Origin: Eledone cirrhosa
Lineage: Eukaryota
DNA length: 64,000 nucleotides
Direction: 5' to 3'
NCBI GenBank assembly: GCA_964016885.1
Contig: OZ024750.1
Coordinates: 31,434,001-31,498,000 of the forward strand
The translations under genes and the position numbers were made by a program. Shown piece after piece: positions 1 through 11,018 of this stretch. The notes beneath the pieces are model-generated. The model worked only from the letters and a program-made list of their open reading frames with translations, was not told where the DNA came from and searched no databases. The number at the start of each line of letters is the position of its first letter. Within the stretch, counting starts at the first letter, position 1.

Positions 1-999
1 ATTTTGTTTCAGTATGTCGGTCTATTAGCAATACTATGGGAAAAAGCTAAATACAGCCACATGAAAACAAATAGTCGATAAGTAACAAACTGTGAGCCAA
101 ATGTAAAAGAAACATTAAAAATACCATTCAAAACTGATTTTAAAATGTTGAAATTATAAAAGCAAGTTTACATAAGAAAGAGACTTCTTTGGGGTTATAA
201 AATAAGAGAAATGTGTCATCAGCTATGCGTATTTAATAAAACCGTAGTTTGTATAATGTTTAAATTTCCATTCAATTTAGCTTCTGTTTGTATTTAATTA
301 GATATACTTATCTCTGGCAGTTAATAGATTTAAAGGTTAAAAGTTGAAAAGTTTAAGTTAGAATTAATTATTGTGATGAAAAAAAAAAAAAAAAAAAAAA
401 AAAATTATATTTCAAAACACATGAAACGTTGTTTCAGATATTTCTTATCTCATAGGTTTATTTGTTTTTAGATTTAACGCGTTATATATTGATTTGATTC
501 ATTCAAATATGTCAAAACAATTGATGTTGAGAAAATACTGTTTTAATCAAACACTTAATAAAATCAAAGGAAAACAAAATTGGCAACAAAAAATGTAATT
601 GCAACATCTTATTCGATTATGTTGCTTACCTGTAATGTAATTTTACTTCAACATTTTCGAATTATAAACAGACTTTGCTTATAATTTGACATAACGAAAC
701 ATAAAAATCAAACAAATTTTCGACATCTACCAAATATTTGCTAAATAAATTTTATTAGCTACCGTTATCTTTGTATACAAAGAGAAAAAAAAAACCATTA
801 ATATAGTTGTCTGCAAAAAAATTAAAAATTACCTGGTAACAAGAAAATTCTAAATAGTTTCCTTTTTTGCCAGCATAGGCATTGTACTTAATACTGAACA
901 TGCACTTAATGTTGTGTATGTATCTATACTTAATGTGTACTTCACATAGAGTATCTATTTAGAGTACGCACTTAACTTAGACTATGCAAACTACATAGA

Positions 1000-2280
1000 A
1001 TAGTGTACTTAGAGTATGTATTTAGAGCAGTGTGTGTACTTAGAGTATGTATTTAGAGTAGTGTGTGTAGTTAGAGTATGTATTTAGAGTAGTGTGTGTA
1101 GTTAGAGTATGTATTTAGAGTAGTGTGTGTAGTTAGAGTATGTATTTAGAGTAGTGTGTGTAGTTAGAGTATGTATTTAGAGTAGTGTGTGTAGTTAGAG
1201 TATGTATTTAGAGTAGTGTCTGTACTTAGAGTATGTATTTAGAGTACTGTGTATACTTAGAATATGTATTTAGAGTAGTGTGTGAACATAGAGTATGTAT
1301 TTAGAGTAGTGTGTAGTTAGAGTATGTATTTAGAGTAGTGTGTGAACATAGAGTATGTATTTAGAGAAGTGTGTGTACTTAGAGTATGTATTTATAGTAC
1401 TGTGTATACTTAGAGTATGTATTTAGAGTAGTGTGTGTAGTTAGAGTTTGTATTTAGAGTACTGCGTGTACTTAGAGTATGTATTTAGAGTAGTGTGTGT
1501 ACATAGAGTATGTATTTAGAGTAGTGTGTGTAGTTAGAGTATGTATTTAGAGTAGTGTGTGTAGTTAGAGTATGTATTTAGAGCAGTGTGTGTACTTAGA
1601 GTATGTATTTAGAGTAGTGTGTGTACATAGAGTATGTATTTAGAGTAGTGTGTGTAGTTAGAGTATGTATTTAGAGTAGTGTGTGTAGTTAGAGTATGTA
1701 TTTAGAGTACTGTGTGTACTTAGAGTATGTATTTAGAGTAGTGTGTGTACTTATAATATGTATTTAGAGTAGTGTGTGTACTTAGAGTATGTATTTAGAG
1801 AACTGTGTGTACTTAGAGTATGTATTTAGGGTAGTGTGTGTACTTAGAATATGTATTTAGAGTAGTGTGTGTACTTAGAGTATGTATTTAGAGTAGTGTG
1901 TGTAGTTATAGTTTGTATTTAGAGATGTGTGTGTACTTAGAGTATGTATTTATAGTGTGTGTAGTTAGAGTATGTATTTAGAGTAGTGTGTGTACTTAGA
2001 GTATGTATTTATAGTGTGTGTACTTAGAGTATGTATTTAGAGTAGTGTGTGTACTTAGAGTATGTATTGATAGTGTGTGTACTTCGAGTATGTATTTAGA
2101 GTAGTGTGTGTACTTAGAGTATGTATTTAGAGTACTGTGTGTACTTAGAGTATGTATTTAGAGTAGTGTGTGTACTTAGAGTATGTATTTAGAGTACTGT
2201 GTGTACTTAGAGTATGTATTTAGAGCAGTGTATGTACTTAGAGTATGTATTTAGAGTAGTGTATGTACTTAGAGTATGCA
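1000..2280. repeat. 29-bp minisatellite (gtgtgtacttagagtatgtatttagagta)n, roughly 44 copies
   Basis: Directly visible tandem unit built from two ttagagta sub-repeats. Confidence 0.95.
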
Positions 2281-2289
2281 TTTAACATG

Positions 2290-2845
2290 CAATATGTACT
2301 TAACGTTGATTAAATACATAACGTAGACTAACTACTTAACGTAGAATATCTACTTAACGTAAACTATCTACTTAATGTAAACTCCCTACTTAACGTAGAC
2401 TATCTACTTAACGTAGAATATTTAGTGAAGGTAGAATATCTACTTAACGCAGACTATCTACTTAACGTAGAATATTTAGTTAAGGTAGAATATCTACTTA
2501 ACGTAAACTATCTACTTAATGTAAACTCCCTACTTAACGTATACTATCTACTTAACGTAGAATATTTAGTTGTGGATTGGCAGTATCGGTAGAGGGTCGG
2601 ACGCCATGCTTTCCAGCATAGTTGCGTCCCTTTACGATCTGAGTTCAAATCCCGCCGAGGTTGACTTTCCCTTTCATCCTTACGGGGTCGATAAAATAAA
2701 GTACCAGTAATAAACTGGGTATTTGCTGGCCTTGTGCCTAAAGTAGACACAAATATTTAGTTAAGGTAGAATATCTACTTAACGTAAACTATCAACGTAA
2801 ACACTACTTAACGTAAACATTACTTAACGTAAACACTACTTAACG
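2290..2845. repeat. Degenerate ~18-bp tandem repeat (tacttaacgtagaatatc-like), interrupted by a SINE
   Basis: Repeated tacttaacgta core; unit shortens to ~15 bp at the right end. Confidence 0.85.
2571..2750 (+). mobile_element. tRNA-derived Nin-domain SINE, young subfamily A
   Basis: A-box (tggcagtatcggtag), B-box (gagttcaaatcc), central cctttcatccttacggggtcgataaaataaagtaccag; TSD aatatttagtt. Confidence 0.9.
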
Positions 2846-3877
2846 AACCTTGCCTGGGATATATGCCGAAAATCATATCAGGAATGACTAGGTGTGTCAC
2901 AGTTCACTCCACAATAAGTTCGATGATTCGTAGGTGTCAATTTCTGTTAACTGAAGCTACGTTATGTTGTCTTAATTGTAATAATCCCTCCATCATATAT
3001 TACTATATTACCTTCCTCGAAAGTCGTTTTAACTCTCCGTACATTTAAACTATTAAATTCTTTGTTAAATAGGAACCTTAAAGAAATATTGATATCATTT
3101 TTCATGTAATTATATTACCAAAGAACGCCTCCTGTGCTGCTCAGGTGAAATCTGTCTATTGAGCTGGAAATAATAAGCAAAATCGGTCATGATGCGTACT
3201 TACGAATCATACCGATTAATCGCATTGCCATTTAAAGAGGTCATAGACCCAAATATGTAAAGAAGCGTATGTAAATGTAAATTGGATAAATATTTTGATA
3301 GAAGCGAATTCTGAAACATCATTTTCCTATTAAAAAATATCATGAATGTATTTGATAAATGTGCTCTACCATTAATAGCATTTAACATCGAAGTAATAGT
3401 TTCAAATAAAATAGTTTAAATTAAATAAATTATGGGTTGTACATTATGAATTGTAGTACACTAACCTTACTAAATTTGCTACACGGTTTATATATGTAAA
3501 ATAAATTGACATATATAATATATAAAACGTCGAAGTTGAGAATTTGACAGGTACCACAATTGGCAGAGAACAGTTAAAAATATTGTGAGAGTAAAGCCCT
3601 GGCGTCAACTGACCAAACAAAGACGGCAACCAATTTCAAATATTGTAAATACCATTTTATGTTTCTCACTATTAGACACTCCGACTTTAACTGTTGACTG
3701 TAACGTCAATTGCAAATTTTCTTGGTTGGTAGTTAACTTTGTTGTTACCCTTTATGACTATATAGTATACAAGGGTTTTATGGATTTTTGCATTACCGTT
3801 CTGTAGGAGAGGCGATGGTCAGTAAAACTGTCTCAGGGTCAAGTATATGTAATTAAAGTTTTACAAAGTGTGTATAA

Positions 3878-4067
3878 TAATTGTGTCTACTTTAGGCACA
3901 AGGCCAGCAATGACCCAGTACATTACTGGTACTTTATTTTATCGACCCCCGTAAGGATGAAAGGCAAAGTTAACCTCGGCGGGATTTGAACTCAGACTGT
4001 AAAGGGACGTAACTATGCTAGAAAGCATGGCGTCCAACCCTCTACCGATACTGCCAATTCACCGCCC
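3878..4067 (-). mobile_element. Full-length Nin-domain SINE, subfamily A
   Basis: Reverse complement of the same consensus; 13-bp TSD tgtgtataataat. Confidence 0.92.
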
Positions 4068-5539
4068 TGTGTATAATAATATATGGAAGTAAAGGGATAG
4101 AGTTATCGTAAACGCTGCTAATGTTGCCACATTGACGACATACGTATATATTATAGTAAATATCTATATCAGTGAGTGTGTATCGTCCTAACACATTGAG
4201 GCCAGACTCTTTCCATCTACAGCTGGTTTACTTATATTTGATAATGGCTGGAAAGATAAGAGCAAGATCACTTTAAAATCCCAAATGAACATTGTTGGTG
4301 ACAACAGCCATTATGTAACAACATTAAGGAAACACTTTACAGATTTACACGATTTACACGATTCCGACGTTCAACTAAAGTTCGATACATTACAGTTCTC
4401 TATCGTAGACCGCCAGATATGCCTGAAAAATTAGCTACGAATCAACCTCTGTATTTCGTTGTATCTCTGTATACCAACAATGCAAGGCTTTAAGCCTGCA
4501 TGTTACAATATTCAGAGCATTCACTCACTTGATTTGGATGTAAAAGTCATTAGCTTTATGATCACGTTCTCACTTGCAAATGCCTTAACCAACTACCGGT
4601 TATACACCTCTTCCAGCAGGCCAGGGTGCTGTGGTTGTATTGCTGAGGAAAGATCACTGTCGCTAGGAAAAGGGACATTTCAGGATCCGGATGGCAATCT
4701 GGTAGTCTGAGGGTCAGAGACGGGAGTAGTAGCCAACTTGAATTCATTTGGCTGATAGATGTATTTGAACAGACAAGCAAGACAGCCGCATTTATATTTC
4801 CCTAGGCTACTAAAGAGCCTTCTGGGCGTTACTATGCACATCATTTCTACAGGGCGACTAGAAAGCTTAGTTGGATCCAAGAAATACCAGAACAACTTAA
4901 ACCTACTGGAGCTAACTCCCAGATAAATATCTGAAATTAAGTTGTCTATGGTAGACCGCCAGATATACCTGAAAGATTAGCTACGACTCGACCTCTTTTG
5001 TCTAATATCTCTGGTTACACTTTATATTGGTTAATTCATCATGTTGATGTTGATACTCACATATGCCTTCTCTCTGATATTATAATCTCGTTTAAGTTTT
5101 GTAATAAAACTATTTTTGAGGTGGTTTGTCATTCTTTAAAATGTTTGAAATCTTCTACATCTCTGACGTCCGATATTTCTACTTTTCATAATTTCCCTGA
5201 ATGTTTGGTGTAATTCTAGTTATGTATTTGAAGTCGATAGACAGCACATTTTCTAAGGTTTCATTTTTTTATGTTTCCTTACTACTTTTATTCATTTATC
5301 TCGTGCCGGTTCTATCTGATGTAGCATGTTTATTTTTTTTATATACTACTTCTGTTTATTTCTGTTTGGTATTTTATTTCGTTAAATATTTCAAGTAATT
5401 TCTTTACTTCTATATGTTATATAAATTTGGTTTTATATATGGGCTTTGTCAGATTATCTAGTGTCTTGGAAATTTACTTTTTTGTTAAGATTATTCTCCC
5501 TCACTCTCGAACTTACGTAGTTATATTATGCTCAGAATT

Positions 5540-5750
5540 TGAGTGTAGTTTAGCAGAATTGGTAGAGCGTCAGATAAAATACACGTGGTGCATTTGTTTT
5601 GGTTCCTTTTAAGCTGAGGTTAACTTAGCTTTTCGTCCTTCGGGTTTCGATAAAACAGTATTATTATAAAGTATCATTCAAGTACTGGAATCATTTTGTC
5701 AGCATCTTCATCCAGACATCTGGCCTTGTGTTGAAATTAGAAACCAGAAA
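5540..5750 (+). mobile_element. Old diverged Nin-domain SINE
   Basis: Degenerate head, cttttcgtccttcgggtttcgataaaa core, tggccttgtgttgaaattagaaac tail. Confidence 0.7.
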
Positions 5751-6369
5751 TAGTATGCGAAACACCAACTCACAAACTTGTATCCCAGTACATGAAGAGG
5801 CGTAACACCACAAAGTAAAACTCAGTCATAACGAATAACATTGTGTCCTGGGTCATATTCGATTTTGCTAAACAACAAGGAAGTGTAATTCATGAGATTA
5901 ATATTAAAAGCTAAACTGAAGTTGATAACATAGTAAAGAAACAACCTATTATTGAATATACAATATTCTATTATTTTAGAAATTAAAGGTCAGTGGATTG
6001 GCAGTATCTGAAGAGCCTCGGACCCTCTACCGATACCGCCCAATATTTTATAATTTAATGATGGGAAAAAACAGCAGTAATGGTATTTGAGTTAATCATA
6101 AGTTCAACTTCTTAATATGAATATGCAAAAATAAATTGTGTGATGAATGTATGTGTTTACTAACAATAATTTGAGCGTGAATGCCGCAACCCCATTTAAA
6201 TCGCTTGGTACATAATTAAGTTGTTGCTTTTCTGGTTACGCCCTTTCTTGAGTCATATTTACTGTATTCTAATATTTTCCTTCTACTGCGTTTTGTGGCA
6301 TAAGTGACAAAGTTTAATTTAAAAACATCTTACTTTTTTTGAATTGGTGTGGTAAATAAACATATATAC

Positions 6370-6535
6370 TAGGTCCGAACAAAATGGAACCAAACTCCCA
6401 CTATCACTGCCTCCGTTTTTCCCGCTCTCCCCATCTCTCACTATTGTGAGAAAATGTGGGCCTACGTAATGGCCGCCACTGGCCCCGGCGGACAGAATAG
6501 AGAAGGCGTTTCCTCGAAGGATGGTGAGGGAGATG
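6370..6535 (-). mobile_element. 3' end fragment of a CRE-clade non-LTR retrotransposon
   Basis: Minus frame reads SISLTILRGNAFSILSAG, matching the C-terminal helix of CRE-type restriction-like endonucleases; related fragments at 35.2 and 48.3 kb. Confidence 0.65.
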
Positions 6536-6879
6536 CTCTTAATTATAATCAAAGAGAGGAACCTTTGCTTGCTGGGTTTATTAAAGACGTTTTCGCATCT
6601 AACGACTGTAGTCTGCTCGTGGTGCTAAACGAATGGAACAAACACTGCGCTCTGATAGAGAACGTATGGAAGAAACAGAAATCAACATTAACAAGAACTG
6701 TCATGTCTTAACAAAGACGATATCTTATTGATATCTTATCTACTGTAGCAATTATTAGAACATACTGGTACACAAGAACAGAATGAACAACGGAGAAAAC
6801 ATGTCCAGAATGCCTGTGTTGCAGACGACAAGTTTGTCGACGATGAACGGCGCAATGTAATTTTTGAAAAGGTAGCGAT

Positions 6880-6983
6880 AATTGTTTCTACTTTAGGCAC
6901 AAGGCTAGCAATTAACCAGTGCATTACTGGTACTTTATTTTATCGACCCCGTAAGGATGAAAGGCAAAGTCAACCTCGACGGG
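6880..6983 (-). mobile_element. 5'-truncated Nin-domain SINE
   Basis: Consensus 3' half; 16-bp TSD aaaaggtagcgataat. Confidence 0.9.
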
Positions 6984-8117
6984 AACAAAAGGTAGCGATA
7001 ATGTTTATCCGGAATAATAAATATTTTGACTGCACCGGGACTTTTGAAAGCTGTCATATGTTCGAATAAAACAGGACCTTTGAACAACAACAATAGCAAC
7101 AATAGCAAGTGTAATATTTTAACCCTTAAATATAACTTAGATAAAATCAAAGCTATTGACGCCATTGTTACAGCTTAATGTTTATTCGTTCTAAGATAAC
7201 TTAAAGTTTATGATTCCTTTTATTTCTTCAGCGTTTCTCTCTTAGCTGAATCCAAACTATTTATATATTACGTCATTCATTCTGCCAATCCTTTCATAAT
7301 ACACTATATATATCAGAACTTCCATCAATGCATTTCTGATTATTGATAACATTTAACATTTTTAAGGTCACACATTTTATTTGAAAATGCTATACATTTC
7401 TAAACTTAACTCGTGACATACTGCCTGATAGATAATACAGTAAACTGCTTTCTTTCTGTATTTGTTACTAATCATGAGGTTTGCCGTGCTTAGTGAAGCT
7501 TCAACATCTATACGTGAATTTCTAAATGTTGATGGCATTTAAACTTACACGCCTTTAATATATATGTGTATGTGCGGAAGAAATGTGCATCACACGTCCA
7601 ACCATGTATATATAAAATGATGGAACGTGGCCATCAACTAGTAAGCATAAAGCCTAACATTTTCAGAGATTAATGCCCTTTTAAACAGTTATTGGAGTCG
7701 CAAGGAAAAGGTATTCGGTGAAATTTGAAAGCCTACTGCTGGTTAGTCTCCATGGGAGCTTATCCGTTAATATAATACAGGACTCGTTGACAAGTCATAT
7801 TAAACGATTTAATTTCTCACAATTCGATAACCTTTCACTCTACTCCATAGTTCTTTGGTGCATAAATGTTGAATGAAATTGAAAAATAAAAATAATACAA
7901 TTTATGATTGAAAATAACATGTTAACCTTCTCACGAGTTATAATGTCTGCTTTTTAATACCGTCATAATTATTCGGGAGATAATATCTGCTCATTGATTT
8001 ATTGATTTACGATTCCGAGATAGAAGTACAGAAATGTCGCAGACTGTAATATTTTAATATAGGCTTCATAATTGGATTTAGATTAAGTGCATGATTATTC
8101 AATTCGTCTTTCCAACA

Positions 8118-8148
<31 letters not shown>

Positions 8149-8185
8149 GGCCTTGTGCCTAAATTAGAAATCATTATCATTATCA

Positions 8186-8226
<41 letters not shown>

Positions 8227-8819
8227 GTTGCATTTATAAGGGAAGATATATAATAACAACAACAACAACAATAATAATAATGATAATACTACTAATAATA
8301 ATAATAATACTTATCATGATTGAAAGAGTCCGTATGAATTTAGCGTATATGAGTTTAGATTATCTCTGATTTTTGTTTTAATATGTTGGACACTAATAAT
8401 ATTATAGTCTCAATGGTATAATATATGAGAATATTTTGATTCAGTAAGTAGAAGCCAAGTGGTGTGTTGTCAGAGTTGTTAGAACGTCAGATAGATTGTT
8501 TTACGGTATTTGTGTGGTGTCTGTGGTTTCTCTTCGAGATGAGATCTCGCCGAATTCAGTATTGACCTTCATTCTTTGGATGTCCATAAATATGTACCAG
8601 CCCGATACTTGGATAGATTCTTTCTCTGTATCTTGTTCTCGCTTTCTCTCTCCTGCTCGCTCATTTTCGCTGGAAGAAGTCATCTGTGTTCAGACATAGA
8701 TCGAGGTGGGTTCCATTACGATTAAATGCCGAGGACATGTCGTAGGTCACTACGGCGCCCATAGGACACTCTTCGGGGAAAGTTAATTAAAATACTTAAT
8801 TGATAGCGATGAATATGAA

Positions 8820-8970
8820 GTTAGAATATGCAGTTATTTGTGCAAGACTTATAGTTATTTTTTCTACATCCATTAGAATATGTTGTTAATTGTGCCAAAT
8901 TTATGTAGCTACTTTTCCTACATCCATTAAAATATGCAGTTAATTGTGCGAAACTAATATAGTTACTATT
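8820..8970. repeat. ~54-bp tandem repeat, about 3 copies
   Basis: aatatgcagttaattgtgc...ttcctacatccatta repeated. Confidence 0.75.
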
Positions 8971-9472
8971 CAGTTGCAATTGAACGAAAACAATGTTTGA
9001 AGAGCAGGTTTTATCGATGACTATTTTGTGGATTGTGTTGGTAGTTGTGTTGGAGACGATGATTTAGCAACGGATCAATAATTGTGGATTACAATCGTGA
9101 GAGTTTACAGAATTAAAGGCAAAGTTCACTTCGGCGTTACTTCACTTCAGAGTACAGAATACCAAGAGGAATATCGCGAAGCATTCTATTGAACTACAAC
9201 TTCATTCAAAGTAGACAATTCCAGAATGATGAAATATTTCAGTCAAGCATAGACCTAACAAATACTGGAATGTCTTCAATAGTAACAATGGTCGCAATTG
9301 TCATTGGGCTTTAGAATAAAATAGTTATTCTAGTTTGACTGAATAATTAACATCATTTTTCCTTGGAAGGTCATTTATCAAATCCCCTCAGACCATACTC
9401 ACCTATCCAACTGTATTCAATTATTTTTCGCTGATGCACACTACAGCTAGTTCTTTCAGAGTTGTTGGTAAA

Positions 9473-10381
9473 TCTGTATATATATAAAATTAAGTATGTG
9501 TGTGTGTGTCTGTGTGTCTGTGTATTACCTATAGGAGCCTACATCTTACGACCGATTTTCATGAAACTTTACAGGGTCATAGATTACTCATCGGGGAGTG
9601 CTTTCTATATATCAGCGTATCGTTTTTTTTTTATTCTGGTGTCATTCTGCAGATAAAAATCGATAGGAGGGTCACCTCTTTTTAGGTATCGAAAAGTAAG
9701 CTTTTTGGCTTTAGCTCCCACATTTTGCCACTGATTTCATTCAGATTTTAAAGCAAAATAGAATTTATTATTGCACATCCTGTAATGGCTTTATATTTTG
9801 CATTTGTTGTTCAGGGACGGCGTGGCAGTCACTTAAATATTCAAAAATACCACTTTTAGACTCACATTTTCACTTTTTCGGCTCTAACTCCCACATTAAT
9901 CAACCTACTTTGTTCAAAATTTACACTACGCTACATCTGATTATTTCACGTCTTAAAGTCGCTTTACATTGTGGATATTTTGTTCAGGAACGGCGTGGCA
10001 GCCGCTTAAATATTCGAAAATACTACCTTTTCGCTCAAATTTCCGGCTTTCCGGCTCTAGCTCCTACATTTTTCAACCGATTTCGTTCAAATTTGAAACT
10101 TCGGCTCCACCTCACACATAAATCAATTTATTTGGTTTAACTTTTATACTACGATTGAACCTATCATTGCACATCTTATAGTAGCTTTACACTTTGCATT
10201 TTTTGTTCAGGGACGGCGTGGCAGCTGTTTAACTCTTCAAAATACGATTTCACTCAACATTTCGCCATTTGCTACACCTTACGACCGATTTTCAAGAAAC
10301 TCGCAGTCGCTAAGATCAACACATTTTCATCAAAGCAGATATTATTTTACCTACCCAGGCAACGCTGGGTACTGCTGCTAG
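9473..10381 (+). mobile_element. Non-autonomous Helitron
   Basis: 5' TC (tctgtatatatataaaa) after host A, (gt)n tract, accgattttcatgaaactt motif, subterminal hairpin tacccag-gcaacg-ctgggta (10352-10371), 3' CTAG before host T; three internal gttcagggacggcgtggcag repeats. Confidence 0.85.
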
Positions 10382-10967
10382 TATGTAATAAAGTAAATCA
10401 TGGCTGCCAGGATTGCAAAGATTACTTAATCTACTGATTGAACCTGACAAAACACAAATTTATTCTGTACCGCCCAGAAAATAATCTATTTTCGGAGATT
10501 ATTGCTTATCCAGTCTTTAATAGTTACATGAAAGGTGTTGAACAATTGGAACTTTAAATATTTACGGCCTAGCAGCACGTAGGTAGAATATATTATTCCA
10601 CCAACTTATCACAGAATTAATTAGTCTACTCAGCATTATCGAGAAGAGTTCATGGTAAATATAAGAATTAATAATATTTGGTCGGGTGAGGTGCATTCAA
10701 AATTGTATTAGCATCAATTTCCAGGAAGAAAACTGTCCTTTAACTGCATTTACTTGGCATGGAGAAAATTAGAATTTTCATGCGGATCAAAGTGAAGTAG
10801 TTGTCTTTGGGTGATCCATTTAATAATTCCTCGAGAAAGGAAAACAAATATACATCTTACAACGGAAGACGTTAGAAGAGAAATTATTTCAACACATTGC
10901 AAATATATCCATTTGCAAGCAATTCCTTTACTGAAGGTCATTACATTCAAAAGAGTTTAGCTAAGTG

Positions 10968-10980
10968 TATAATAATATTG

Positions 10981-11018
<38 letters not shown>

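Noticed and set aside
1000-2280. CRISPR array or telomeric repeat
   Set aside because: No unique spacers and a eukaryotic context; TTAGAG sits in a 29-mer and is not tandem TTAGGG.
6454-6711. 85-aa plus-strand ORF
   Set aside because: Partly antisense to a CRE fragment, with no domain evidence.
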